Positions 1 to 10,297 of a stretch of DNA of 64,000 nucleotides are shown one piece after another. Both the position numbers and the translations under genes were made by a program. The notes below the pieces were generated by a model that was given only the letters and a program-made list of their open reading frames with translations, searched no databases and had not been told where the DNA came from. Position 1 is the stretch's first letter. Every line of letters starts with the position of its first letter. Origin of the DNA: Nitrospinota bacterium (GTDB taxonomy: Bacteria > Nitrospinota_A > UBA7883); contig JACQZB010000052.1 in the NCBI GenBank assembly GCA_016207925.1, positions 11,792-75,791 of the forward strand. The letters are read 5' to 3'.

Positions 1-197
1 ACCATTCGCGCTGATGGTGTACACAAGCTCCGGCTCGTGCTCGAAATAATACGAAGTCCATACATTGAAAAACATTTCCATTTCCCCGCCGTCCGCAAAA
101 TCTTTTGTTGTGGACGACAGGAAAAATATTTCGCGCAGCGCGGGAATGGAGGCGACATCCAATCCGGCGGCGATAGCGAAACCGTCCACGCGGCCGG

Positions 198-1157
198 TCA
201 GCGCGCCACGTGGTTTTTGCCCACGCTCTTGGCGCGGTACAACGCCTCGTCGGCGGAGGAGATAAGCGACTTGAGCGTGTCGTCCCGGCGCATCTGGGCC
301 ACCCCCAGCGACGCGGTGACCGGAGGCGTGTCTTTCTTGAAGCAGATTTCGTCCCCGCGGGCCACCAGGGCGGCGCGCAGCCGCTCGGCGATGGCCGCCG
401 CGGCGTCAATCTCCGTCTCCGGGAACAGGATGGCGAACTCCTCGCCGCCGTACCGGGCTATCATGTCCGTGGGCCGCAGGCTCTGCCGCAGAATCTTGGC
501 GATGGTTTGCAGCGCCCGGTCGCCGGCAAGGTGGCCGAACCGGTCGTTGAACACTTTAAAGTTGTCTATGTCCAGCATCGCAAGGCTTAGCGGATGGTTA
601 TCCGTCTGGCAGCGGGTGATCTCCCGCTCAAACATCTCGTCCAGCCAGCGGCGGTTGTGCAGCCCGGTCAGCGAGTCCACCGTGGCGAAATGCTCGAACT
701 GGCGGCTGATCTCGATGCTCGACAGGATCATGTCGTTCCCTTCCCGCAGGCGGCAGGAAAGGATGAACAGCAGGTTCTTGGCCACCTCGTGCGACGAATT
801 GATCATCGAAAGCAGCGCCACATGGCCTATCACCAACAGGTGCGTCCGCTCCGCCGCCAGCACCCACGCCGACGGCATCTTGTGGTCCACGATGGACATC
901 TCGCCCGCGCACTCGCCCGGCCCCAGCGTCACCAGCGGCGGCGCCACGGGCGGTGCGAGATGCACCCGCAGCCGTCCGGTGACAATCAGGTACAGATGGT
1001 TGTTTTCTTTTTCGGGGGAAAGCAGCAACTCGCCGGGATTGAGCCAGCGTTCCGAGCAGGTTTCGAAATACCCCTCGATGGACTCCATCGCCGCGTTGTT
1101 GAACAGACGCATTGAGAGCATCAACTCATGATCGTAGGTTATTTCCGGTCTGCTCAT
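198..1157 (-). CDS. diguanylate cyclase with N-terminal cyclic-nucleotide-binding (CAP-like) domain and C-terminal GGDEF domain
   Basis: ORF 198..1229(-). GGDEF signature present (RYGGEEF, SLTGLHNRR). CAP-type cNMP-binding motifs upstream (LGPGECAGEMS, ERTHLLVI). Internal ATG at 1157 is preceded by a GAGGG Shine-Dalgarno and preferred over the GTG at 1229. Confidence 0.8.
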   Translation of the reverse strand: MSRPEITYDHELMLSMRLFNNAAMESIEGYFETCSERWLNPGELLLSPEKENNHLYLIVTGRLRVHLAPPVAPPLVTLGPGECAGEMSIVDHKMPSAWVLAAERTHLLVIGHVALLSMINSSHEVAKNLLFILSCRLREGNDMILSSIEISRQFEHFATVDSLTGLHNRRWLDEMFEREITRCQTDNHPLSLAMLDIDNFKVFNDRFGHLAGDRALQTIAKILRQSLRPTDMIARYGGEEFAILFPETEIDAAAAIAERLRAALVARGDEICFKKDTPPVTASLGVAQMRRDDTLKSLISSADEALYRAKSVGKNHVAR

Positions 1158-1455
1158 CCGTGCCCTCGCAATCGCACAATAATACCAGTTTTGGAAATAC
1201 AGGTCAGCAGTTGAAATGAAAGCGTTCACCTGTCCTGAATCAGGCCGATAAAAATCGCTTTATGTGTCGCGAAACAGGACGGCGCGACGCGCCATCGCCC
1301 CTTGGCGGCATTGAACCTGTTTTAAATCATGCGCTTGCGCTAATGACGATACTGGCGCCATTTCTGCTTTTATATATGACTCAAGTCGTCTGAAAAATGC
1401 GACGGCGAAAGGCAGTACGGACCTTCCCGGGGTCCGATCGCAATCTCCTCTCAAA

Positions 1456-1491
1456 GGCGGGGTCGCCACCCACGGCCCCGCCACTTTTTTT
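1456..1491 (+). terminator. intrinsic-terminator-like hairpin (GGCGGGG...CCCCGCC followed by T7) on + strand in a divergent intergenic region
   Basis: Perfect 7-bp GC stem 1456-1462/1476-1482 followed by TTTTTTT 1485-1491. No annotated + strand CDS lies upstream. Confidence 0.45.
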
Positions 1492-1515
1492 GTCCGTCCC
1501 ACTATAAAATAAGAA

Positions 1516-1544
1516 TGTCAATCAGGTGACCGCGCCAGTATGAT
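1516..1544 (+). promoter_or_regulatory. sigma70-like promoter (TGTCAA-17-TATGAT) for the downstream lipoprotein/HEAT operon
   Basis: -35 TGTCAA 1516-1521, 17-bp spacer, -10 TATGAT 1539-1544. Lies about 35 nt upstream of the ATG at 1579. Confidence 0.4.
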
Positions 1545-1578
1545 AGGAGCGAATCGTTCCACCTCGCGGAGCAGGATC

Positions 1579-2529
1579 ATGGATGTCAAACGCGGGTTCT
1601 TGATACGGCGTATAACTGGCTTCGCGGTGGTGGCGGCGCTCGCCGCGCTGGCCGCCTGTTCGGACTCCGGCGGCGACGGGGATTCGGGAAGTTCCAACGA
1701 CTTTGGTTCCATCGCCCGCGCCTCGATAGGTTCGATCACCATCAACCCCGGCGAAACGGCCACGGTCAAACCCTCCGCCCAGCTCAACCGCAAAGCGGCT
1801 TTCACCCAGGGCGGCGGGTATGTCAACGCAGTTACGTTCGACAGCGACCAGCCGATTGTGATTATGCGAATGGGGACTAGTGGCGCCGATTATTTTGATT
1901 GCGCCGTACCCGGTTCGTCATGCACGGGTATTCTGAGCGTTGCGTATTTCTACAACTGGGCGTGGAGTTCCAGCGACACCACCCAAACCCTTGTGATGCC
2001 GCCGATGTACACGTTAGCCGATCTTTTTCCGTCCGGCGATTATGAGTTCAAGCTGTACAACGCCGGCTCCGGCGCCGCTACGGTCAATGTCTATCAGACA
2101 CGCAAGAATGATTCGAACTTTTCCTCAGGCCAGATTGACCTGAACTTTTTCGTCTATCGCGCGGGAGAGGATAACCCGGTAATTCCCAGCCAGGCGGAGG
2201 CGGAAAAAGTCGTGGGTTACATCAACGACATTTTCGGCCAGGTGGGCGTCAGCGTGGGAACGCTTAACGTGGAGTTCATTGACGACACCAACGCCGTCAA
2301 CCAGGTGCTCGACGATAATGGCATGGAGGCGTTTTTGGCGCAGGCGTCGCGCGCCACGTCCGGGCGTGGCGACAAGGGGATAAACTGTTTCATCTTGCCC
2401 CGGCGCAAGGGCGCCGATTACCTGATGTTCTGGGTGTTTGATACCGATTTGGTCTATTCCGGAAACGCGCAGACGACGCTGTCGCCCATGGAAGGCCAGT
2501 TGATCAACACCTTCCCCTCGGTGAATTGA
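1579..2529 (+). CDS. hypothetical lipoprotein (signal peptide with LAAC lipobox)
   Basis: ORF 1540..2529. ATG at 1579 has a GGAG Shine-Dalgarno 8 nt upstream. N-terminus MDVKRGFLIRRITGFAVVAALAALAAC. No recognisable catalytic motif. Confidence 0.55.
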   Translation: MDVKRGFLIRRITGFAVVAALAALAACSDSGGDGDSGSSNDFGSIARASIGSITINPGETATVKPSAQLNRKAAFTQGGGYVNAVTFDSDQPIVIMRMGTSGADYFDCAVPGSSCTGILSVAYFYNWAWSSSDTTQTLVMPPMYTLADLFPSGDYEFKLYNAGSGAATVNVYQTRKNDSNFSSGQIDLNFFVYRAGEDNPVIPSQAEAEKVVGYINDIFGQVGVSVGTLNVEFIDDTNAVNQVLDDNGMEAFLAQASRATSGRGDKGINCFILPRRKGADYLMFWVFDTDLVYSGNAQTTLSPMEGQLINTFPSVN

Positions 2530-2569
2530 GGTGGTGAACGTGAAGAACAAAAATTCGGGAGGATTTGAC

Positions 2570-3109
2570 ATGATACGCAAGCTGATGATCGCCGCGCTGG
2601 CGGCGCTGATCGTGATCCCCGCCGCCGCGTGGGCGCAGGGAATCGTGGTGGAGCGCGAGGAGATGATCTCCGTCCTCTCCGGCTACCACGGCGGGCCGGG
2701 GGCCGAATATTGGCAACGGCTGGATCCGGCCTCCACGCGCGCCACCCTGCGCGCCATTATCGAGGACGAGTCGGTATTTCCCGTGGCCCGTTCACGCGCC
2801 ATGCGGGCGCTGACCTACGTTGACGGGCAGGCCGGCGAATACCTGGGGTCGCGCGCCGCAAGCGAAAAGAACACTTATCTGCGCGCCTCCGCATACGACG
2901 CCCATGCCCGCGCGGCGGGGGAGGGGGCGCTGCCCGCGCTTACCGGCGCGCTCAACGACAGCGACGCCATGGTCCGGATCATGGCCGCGCGCAACTTGTC
3001 GCGCATCGGCACGCCGGAGGCCAAGCAGACCTTGCGCCGCGCGATGGAGTCGGAGAAAAACGGCGTGGCGCGCTCCATCATGAGCCGGTCGCTGAGAGAG
3101 GATAAATAG
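2570..3109 (+). CDS. secreted HEAT-repeat (PBS-lyase-like) protein
   Basis: ORF 2531..3109. ATG 2570 is preceded by GGGAGG. Signal peptide MIRKLMIAALAALIVIPAAAWA. HEAT-like repeats (DSDAMVRIMAARNLSRIGTPEA). Confidence 0.6.
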   Translation: MIRKLMIAALAALIVIPAAAWAQGIVVEREEMISVLSGYHGGPGAEYWQRLDPASTRATLRAIIEDESVFPVARSRAMRALTYVDGQAGEYLGSRAASEKNTYLRASAYDAHARAAGEGALPALTGALNDSDAMVRIMAARNLSRIGTPEAKQTLRRAMESEKNGVARSIMSRSLREDK

Positions 3110-3128
3110 AAGCCTGTTTGAGGAACTT

Positions 3129-3156
3129 GTAGGGGCGCAACATGCTGCGCCCCTAC
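3129..3156. terminator. perfect 11-bp inverted repeat hairpin between convergent genes (likely bidirectional terminator)
   Basis: gtaggggcgca-acatgc-tgcgcccctac. Further nested palindromes at 3167-3216 (cccctcacc ... AGCGCttcGCGCT ... ggggtgagg). Confidence 0.4.
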
Positions 3157-3280
3157 GGCCTCCGTACCCCCTCACCAGCGCTTCGCGCTACCTCTCCCCC
3201 CGGGGAGGGGGTGAGGAATTGACGGACGCCGCTCTATGATGGGTTACGCAAGGGGCTTCTTCTCTAATGCCAACACCACG

Positions 3281-4336
3281 CTAAACGCCAGCGCTCACGC
3301 CGCCCGCCTGTGATTCGTGGAGTTGGCCGCAGGCGGCCATGATATCGGCCCCGCGGCTGTCGCGGATGAACGCGGTCAGGCCCGCGTCGGCCACGGTTTT
3401 GCGGAACTTTTCCACCACCTCGCGCGCGGGGCGCTTGAACGGCGCGCCGGGGACCGCGTTGTAGGGGATCAGGTTTATCTTGCTGGGGAACTCCTTGGCG
3501 ATCTTGATGAGTTTGCGCGCGTCCTCCATGGAGTCGTTCACGCCGGCCAGCATGACGTACTCCAGCGTGATGCGCCGCCCGCGGGGCAGGGGGAAGGCGC
3601 GCAGCGCCTGGATAAGCCGTTTAAGCGGGTACTTGCGGGTTATGGGCATCAGCCGCTCGCGCAGTTCGTCGTCGCAGGCGTTGAGCGACACGGCCAGTTT
3701 CACTCGGGGGAACTCGCGTCCGAGGCGCTCTATGTTGTTGGCCATGCCCGCGGTGGACAGGGTGATGCGCCGCGCGCCGACGATGGTGAAATCCTCGTCC
3801 GTCATCACCCGCAGGGCGCGCAGCACGTTGTCGTAGTTCTCCAGCGGCTCGCCCATACCCATCAGCACCACGTTGGTCACGCGGCCTTCCGGGGACAGGC
3901 GGCGCGCCTGTATTACCTGGTCAATAATCTCCGCGGCGCCAAGGTCGCGGATAAAGCCGCCCGCGCCGGTAAGGCAGAAGGCGCAGCCAAGTTTGCAGCC
4001 CACCTGGGTTGAGACGCACAACGTGCGCCGCTTCTCGTCCGGGATCAGGACGCTTTCAATGGCGTGGCCGTCGTCCAACTCGAACAGGAACTTGACGGTG
4101 CCGTCGGCGGAGACCTGCCGGGCGCGTTCCTTTATCTGGGTGATGCGGGCGGACTGGGCGAGTTTGTGGCGGAAGTCCTTGGAAAGATCGGACATGGCGG
4201 AAAAATCGGAGACGCCGCGTTCAAATATCCAGGCGCGGGCCTGCCGGGCGCGAAACGGTTTTTCGTCCAAACCGGCCATGAATTCGACCGTTTCCTGAAG
4301 GGTAAGCTGCTTGAAGTCAATCAGAGTTTCATCCAT
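3281..4336 (-). CDS. rlmN: 23S rRNA (adenine2503-C2)-methyltransferase, radical SAM
   Basis: 351 aa. CxxxCxxC radical-SAM cluster (CVSTQVGCKLGCAFC). Downstream MGMGEPL and C-terminal AACGQL motifs typical of RlmN/Cfr family. Confidence 0.88.
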   Translation of the reverse strand: MDETLIDFKQLTLQETVEFMAGLDEKPFRARQARAWIFERGVSDFSAMSDLSKDFRHKLAQSARITQIKERARQVSADGTVKFLFELDDGHAIESVLIPDEKRRTLCVSTQVGCKLGCAFCLTGAGGFIRDLGAAEIIDQVIQARRLSPEGRVTNVVLMGMGEPLENYDNVLRALRVMTDEDFTIVGARRITLSTAGMANNIERLGREFPRVKLAVSLNACDDELRERLMPITRKYPLKRLIQALRAFPLPRGRRITLEYVMLAGVNDSMEDARKLIKIAKEFPSKINLIPYNAVPGAPFKRPAREVVEKFRKTVADAGLTAFIRDSRGADIMAACGQLHESQAGGVSAGV

Positions 4337-4411
4337 TATTTTGTGCGGTGTGGCGGTTAATATAAGCGGATTGATGTGATATGATTATCCAATTGGGGAG
4401 CACGGGAAGCA

Positions 4412-4750
4412 ATGGAAATTTCGCGTCTCGTTTTGGGCGTGGCGTTTGCGGGTGGGTTGGCGGCGATCATGGCCGCCTGCGCCTCGCACCCGGTTGAGAC
4501 CGCGTTTGAGGGAGAACTGGACGCGGCCCAGGCGCGCAAAGTGACCATCGAGTACTGCCAAAGCTGCCACGTCCACCGCGAATTTGACGCCTTGGCGCAT
4601 CTGGCCGCCATCCCCCTGGAATACGAAGCGGAGCCGTACCGGTCCGCGCAAGATTGCAAAACCTGCCATGACGCCGGGCGCGATATATGGGGCGACCTGT
4701 ACCGGGTCACCCGGTTCCCCGGCGGGCGCCTGGTGAAATCGCCCGGCTAA
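4412..4750 (+). CDS. small dihaem c-type cytochrome, probable lipoprotein
   Basis: 112 aa. Two CxxCH haem-binding motifs (CQSCH, CKTCH). N-terminal hydrophobic leader ending AIMAAC. Immediately upstream of and nearly abutting the GAF-GGDEF gene. Confidence 0.6.
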   Translation: MEISRLVLGVAFAGGLAAIMAACASHPVETAFEGELDAAQARKVTIEYCQSCHVHREFDALAHLAAIPLEYEAEPYRSAQDCKTCHDAGRDIWGDLYRVTRFPGGRLVKSPG

Positions 4751-4755
4751 CCAGC

Positions 4756-6147
<1,392 letters not shown>

Positions 6148-6254
6148 AGCTTTCCGCGGCTTGGGGTGTTTGTCCGGTACGCAAAAATTATGTTTCCCGC
6201 CATTGGCGTGGTACAATTCCCCACGGAATTTTCCCAGGTGGTCAAGGGGAACGC

Positions 6255-7706
6255 ATGGGAGTTTTTGGGGGAAGACTTCCTTGGACGGCGTACGCCAGCG
6301 CCGCGGGCCGGGCGGGGCGCGCCGAAACGCTGATTACGCTGCGCAAGACGTCCGGCAAGCCGCGCCTTGAATCACTGCATGAATTGCCCGGGCGTCCGGA
6401 CGGGCGCCGCGCTGAATATTTCCGCTGGCCGCTTCCTATCGGCCTTTTGCGCGGCGCGCCCCTGGTTCTGAAAATCGTCAATCTCCCGGCCTTGCCGCGC
6501 CGTGAAGCAAAGGCGGCGGCCCGCTACGCCGTGGGTGACTCGCTGCCGTTCGCCCCGCGCGACATGGCGCTCGACGCATGGCGTGTGGGCGATCAAACGC
6601 TGGTAGCCTGCGCGCCGCGTGACGCGCTCGCGGAACAGGCGCGGCGGAATGCCGTCAGCGGATTCACCACGGTCCCCGCCGCGCTTGCCGCCCTGCGGCC
6701 TCCCGGCGCGGCGGGCGGCGCCGAATTGTTCCTGCTCGCGGACGATAACGTGGCGGGAGTGTATCTTCTGGAACGCGGCGCGCCGGTGTTTATCCGTGAA
6801 TCAACCATTCACCGGGACGCGCCGCTGGCCGTGGAAATCGCCCGGTCGCTGGAATACCTGCGCGCGCGGCGCATGGCCGGTCCGGAGACGAACGTGTGGA
6901 TCGTGGGCTCCCGCGCGTATGACCCGGAATCGCTTCAGGCCATGGAATCGGTGTTGAATCTTCGCCCCCATCCCTTCAATCCCCTGGCGGAGACGGTGGA
7001 GGCAAGCCCGGCGCTGGCCGCGGCCATCAGGGGGCGTGAAGCGGTGTTTGCGCCGCTTATCGGCGCGGCGCTTGATGGCGGCGCGCGCACTCGTCTTGCC
7101 CCGCCGCGCGGAGCGATAATGCGACGGGCCGCCCGGCGGCCGGTGGCGGCGGGAATCATCGCGGCGCTGATCGCCCATTTCCTTTTGTGGGGATGGTCAA
7201 GGGCGCAGCGATGGGATATGGAACAGGGGATTGACGCCGCCGAAGCGCGCCTGGCTCCGCTGGCGGACGCCGGAGCCAAAGCTGGGGAATTGGCCGCGCG
7301 CATCGCGCAGGCTCGTGGTGAAATCGCCCGGTTGGAGGGGGAACTTGGAGCTATGCCGTCATTGCGCGGCGCGGGAATTGACTGGGAGGCGGTGTGGTAT
7401 GAACTGGCGCGCGTGATGCCGCCGGGCGCGGCGCTGACCAGCGTTTCGGTGACGGTCAACGGCGATGGGGCGCGCGCCAGTCTCCGCGGCGCCACGCGCG
7501 GGGATGGTCCGGGGGACATCGCCGAACTGCGCCGGCTGGTGGAAGGGCTTTCCAAATCGCCCGCGTTCACCTCCGTCAGCGTGGGCGGCGCGGCGCCCGC
7601 GGGGCCGGCGCGGGACCGGCTTTCGTTTGAAATCCGCGCGCGGATCAACGAGGGCGCGTCGAGTTTCGCCCTGCCGGCCCACGCGCGCGAGGAGGCCGGA
7701 TCATGA
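6255..7706 (+). CDS. type IV pilus / T2SS inner-membrane assembly protein, PilM-like cytoplasmic domain fused to PilN-like TM/periplasmic domain (GspL-like architecture)
   Basis: 483 aa. N-terminal region has PilM-type motifs (LKIVNLPALPRREAKAAARYAVGDSLPFAPRDMALD). Mid-protein TM helix (VAAGIIAALIAHFLLWGW) followed by PilN-like coiled-coil and periplasmic segment. Confidence 0.6.
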   Translation: MGVFGGRLPWTAYASAAGRAGRAETLITLRKTSGKPRLESLHELPGRPDGRRAEYFRWPLPIGLLRGAPLVLKIVNLPALPRREAKAAARYAVGDSLPFAPRDMALDAWRVGDQTLVACAPRDALAEQARRNAVSGFTTVPAALAALRPPGAAGGAELFLLADDNVAGVYLLERGAPVFIRESTIHRDAPLAVEIARSLEYLRARRMAGPETNVWIVGSRAYDPESLQAMESVLNLRPHPFNPLAETVEASPALAAAIRGREAVFAPLIGAALDGGARTRLAPPRGAIMRRAARRPVAAGIIAALIAHFLLWGWSRAQRWDMEQGIDAAEARLAPLADAGAKAGELAARIAQARGEIARLEGELGAMPSLRGAGIDWEAVWYELARVMPPGAALTSVSVTVNGDGARASLRGATRGDGPGDIAELRRLVEGLSKSPAFTSVSVGGAAPAGPARDRLSFEIRARINEGASSFALPAHAREEAGS

Positions 7707-8293
7707 CGGCGCACACCGCCTCGCCGCGTGGAAGGGCCGCGCTCGCCGCCGCCGCGTTCTGCGTGACCCTGCTGGCGGGATGGGCCGCCGTGGCTCAGCC
7801 GGAGCGGGAACGGCTGCTTGCCTTGCGCGGGAAGCTTGAAACGGCTCATGCGCGCGAAACGGAGGTAACAGCCAACATCACCAGGATTCCGGCGCTTGAA
7901 CGCGAGGCGGCGCGGCTTACGGCGCGGCGGAACGGTCTGGCGGCGCGGCATGAACGCATGACGGACGTGATGGCGCGGGGGGCTTCGCTGGATGTGGCGC
8001 TGGCCGCCGTCGAAGAAGTGGCGGCCATCGGCGCGCTGGAGTTGAGGGAGGCCTCGGCGCCGGAACCCGGCAGCAAGGAAAACGGCGCGTCGTCCGCGTT
8101 CTGGAGCGCGCCGTTGACTGTTACCGTGGCGTGCGATTACCGCGCGGCGGCGCGGCTGCTGCAAAAGCTGGCGGCCTCGCCCGCGGCGCTTTCGCTTGAC
8201 GCCGTAACGTTGACCAATGGCGGGACGGGCGCGCCGCCGCTTCTGCTCACGGCGCGCATGACCATGTATGGGCGGCGGGGAGGGGGATCATGA
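7703..8293 (+). CDS. PilO/GspM-like pilus assembly protein
   Basis: 196 aa. Overlaps upstream gene by 4 nt, with GAGGAGG Shine-Dalgarno. N-terminal TM helix, coiled-coil, C-terminal periplasmic domain. Position after PilM/N. Confidence 0.5.
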   Translation: MTAHTASPRGRAALAAAAFCVTLLAGWAAVAQPERERLLALRGKLETAHARETEVTANITRIPALEREAARLTARRNGLAARHERMTDVMARGASLDVALAAVEEVAAIGALELREASAPEPGSKENGASSAFWSAPLTVTVACDYRAAARLLQKLAASPAALSLDAVTLTNGGTGAPPLLLTARMTMYGRRGGGS

Positions 8294-8676
8294 ACGCCCG
8301 GCTGGCCGCGGTCGCGCTGGCGATGGCGATAACGCTGGCCCCGGACGCGCGGGCGGGGTGGAGCCGGGACCCGTTCGTGTTCGGCGCTGACGCAAGGGAT
8401 GGAAACAGCGCGCCGCCGCGCCTGGAGATGATCCTCATCAAGGAAGGCGAACGGGTCGCCGTGTTCAACAGCGAGCGGATGCGCGCCGGGGACGTGGTGG
8501 AAGGATACGTCATCGTGGAAATCACGCTCGACGCCACCCGCAACTTCGCGGATCCGCTGACGGAGGACCGGCTCTTTGGGTGGCACGCCGCCCTCTTCCC
8601 AACCGGCCGCACCGGCATGACCAAAACCCCGGATCGCCGCCGCCTGCATGGCGGCGCTGGCGCTTTGTGGTTGTAA
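8290..8676 (+). CDS. PilP-like pilus assembly lipoprotein
   Basis: 128 aa. RDPF motif and C-terminal beta-domain pattern (LEMILIKEGERVAVFNSERMRAGDVVEGYVIVEI). 3' end overlaps the secretin start. Confidence 0.5.
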   Translation: MNARLAAVALAMAITLAPDARAGWSRDPFVFGADARDGNSAPPRLEMILIKEGERVAVFNSERMRAGDVVEGYVIVEITLDATRNFADPLTEDRLFGWHAALFPTGRTGMTKTPDRRRLHGGAGALWL

Positions 8677-10297
8677 AACCACCGCGCCGGAAGCGCCGTC
8701 CGCGCGCCCGTCATTCACCGCGCCGGTGATGGGCGCGGAGGAGCGCGGCCCGCTGCCGCCGGAGTTTTTCGTCACGGCGCCGGAGGGCGGCCAGCGTCCG
8801 GATCCCGGCGCGCCGCGCGACGATGATCCGCCGGAATTTACGGTGCGGCTGGACGAAATTCTTCCCGCCATGGGCGCGCCCGCGCGCGTGTCGTTGAATT
8901 TCCGCCAGGCGCCCGCGGGCGTGGTGGTGGGCACGCTGGCGGAGGCGTCGGGCTTCAACTTCCACCTTTCGCCGGCGGTCTCGGCGCAAACGTTGGCGGA
9001 CATGACCCTGCGCGACATTCCCTGGCCGGAGGCCCTGCGCGTCATCACACAGGCCAACGATCTGGCCGCCACCGTTGACGGGCGCGATGTTTTCTCACAA
9101 CCGCGCGGCGCTGCGGAATTGACGCGCGACAAGGTGATCGTGGTCATTACCCGCGCCGAATATGACCGGAGCCGCGAGCGCGCCCGCGAGGAGGCCGACC
9201 GGGCGGCGGGCGAAGCGGCGCGCCTGCGCGCGGTGGAGCAGGATCAGGCGGCGGCGCGCCTGCTGGACGGGCAGAACCGCATGGCCACCGCCAGCTACCG
9301 GTTCCGCTACGCCGACCCCACGGAGGCGTTGGCGTATCTGGAATCATTGTATGGGATCGCTCCCGCCGCCGAAAAAGGCAAGGATGAGGCCGCCGCCGCA
9401 TCACCGGCGCCCTCTCCCGGCGCCATACGCTTTTCGCTCTACAAGGCGGAAAACCTGCTGACCGTAACCGCCCCGCCGCGCGAGATGGAGCGCATCATGG
9501 CCCTTGCGCGGGAGATTGACACGCCCGCGCGGCAGGTGTTCATCGAATCGCGCATCGTGGAAATCCAGCGCAGTTCCATCGCTGAGTTGGGCGTGCGCTG
9601 GGGCGGCTATGTAACGCGCCAGACTGACCAGGTGTTTCCCGCATCGGTGGGTGTGTACGGCGCGGGCGCCGGGGGCGACGTGGTGGCGCTGCCGCCCGGC
9701 GGGGCGGTTGATCCGGCCACGGGCGCCATGCTGGCCGATCCCGCCGGCGGTTTGGTGGGCGTCACCCTGGGCGGGGTGAGCGGAGCGGAGCTTTTACGCG
9801 CGCGGCTCTATGCGCTTGAGCAGGCCGGGGTCAGCCGCACGCTGTCCAATCCCAAAATCATGACGGTCAACGGCGGAGTGGCGGTGATCAAGTCCGGGCG
9901 CGAAATCCCCTACCAGTCCAGTTCCGCCAACACGGGAACCACCGTGCAGTTCCGCGAAGCGGTCATCTCGCTCACCGTGCGGCCCAGCATCATGGACGAC
10001 CGGCGCGTGCGGCTGCGGATACAGGCGAACAAGAACGAGGTGGATCCCACGCTGTCGGTGCAGGGGACGCCCGCCATCAAGAAGAAGGAGCTTTCCACCA
10101 ATGTAGTGGTGGAAAATGGCGGCTCGGCGGCCTTGGGGGGAATGTTCGAAATGGAGGATGGGGATTTTTCCGATAGGGTACCATGGTTCCACGATATTCC
10201 TTTCCTTGGATGGCTGTTCAAGAACAAACGCTCGGTGGACAACCGGCTTGAGCTGCTGGTGTTCATCACGCCGACCATCGTGGAGGAGGGGCGGTGA
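8648..10297 (+). CDS. secretin (PilQ/GspD family), short form with lipoprotein signal
   Basis: 549 aa. Lipobox LALCGC. C-terminal secretin domain motifs (VFIESRIVEI..., VSRTLSNPKIMTVNGGVAVIKSGREIPY, ELLVFITPTIV). Confidence 0.85.
   Translation: MAALALCGCKTTAPEAPSARPSFTAPVMGAEERGPLPPEFFVTAPEGGQRPDPGAPRDDDPPEFTVRLDEILPAMGAPARVSLNFRQAPAGVVVGTLAEASGFNFHLSPAVSAQTLADMTLRDIPWPEALRVITQANDLAATVDGRDVFSQPRGAAELTRDKVIVVITRAEYDRSRERAREEADRAAGEAARLRAVEQDQAAARLLDGQNRMATASYRFRYADPTEALAYLESLYGIAPAAEKGKDEAAAASPAPSPGAIRFSLYKAENLLTVTAPPREMERIMALAREIDTPARQVFIESRIVEIQRSSIAELGVRWGGYVTRQTDQVFPASVGVYGAGAGGDVVALPPGGAVDPATGAMLADPAGGLVGVTLGGVSGAELLRARLYALEQAGVSRTLSNPKIMTVNGGVAVIKSGREIPYQSSSANTGTTVQFREAVISLTVRPSIMDDRRVRLRIQANKNEVDPTLSVQGTPAIKKKELSTNVVVENGGSAALGGMFEMEDGDFSDRVPWFHDIPFLGWLFKNKRSVDNRLELLVFITPTIVEEGR

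Noticed and set aside
1-81. Partial - strand ORF at the window edge (ATG at 81 after GGCGGGG, MEMFFNVWTSYYFEHEPELVYTISANG...)
   Set aside because: Only 27 codons visible, too little to call.
37-1131. 364-aa + strand ORF
   Set aside because: Fully antisense to the well-supported cNMP-GGDEF gene. Arg/Ser-rich junk composition typical of GC-rich antisense frames.
6935-9147. Long - strand ORFs (409 aa and 336 aa) antisense to the pilM/N/O and secretin genes
   Set aside because: Low-complexity Arg/Ala/Pro-rich translations and no motifs. The sense-strand genes have clear domain signatures.
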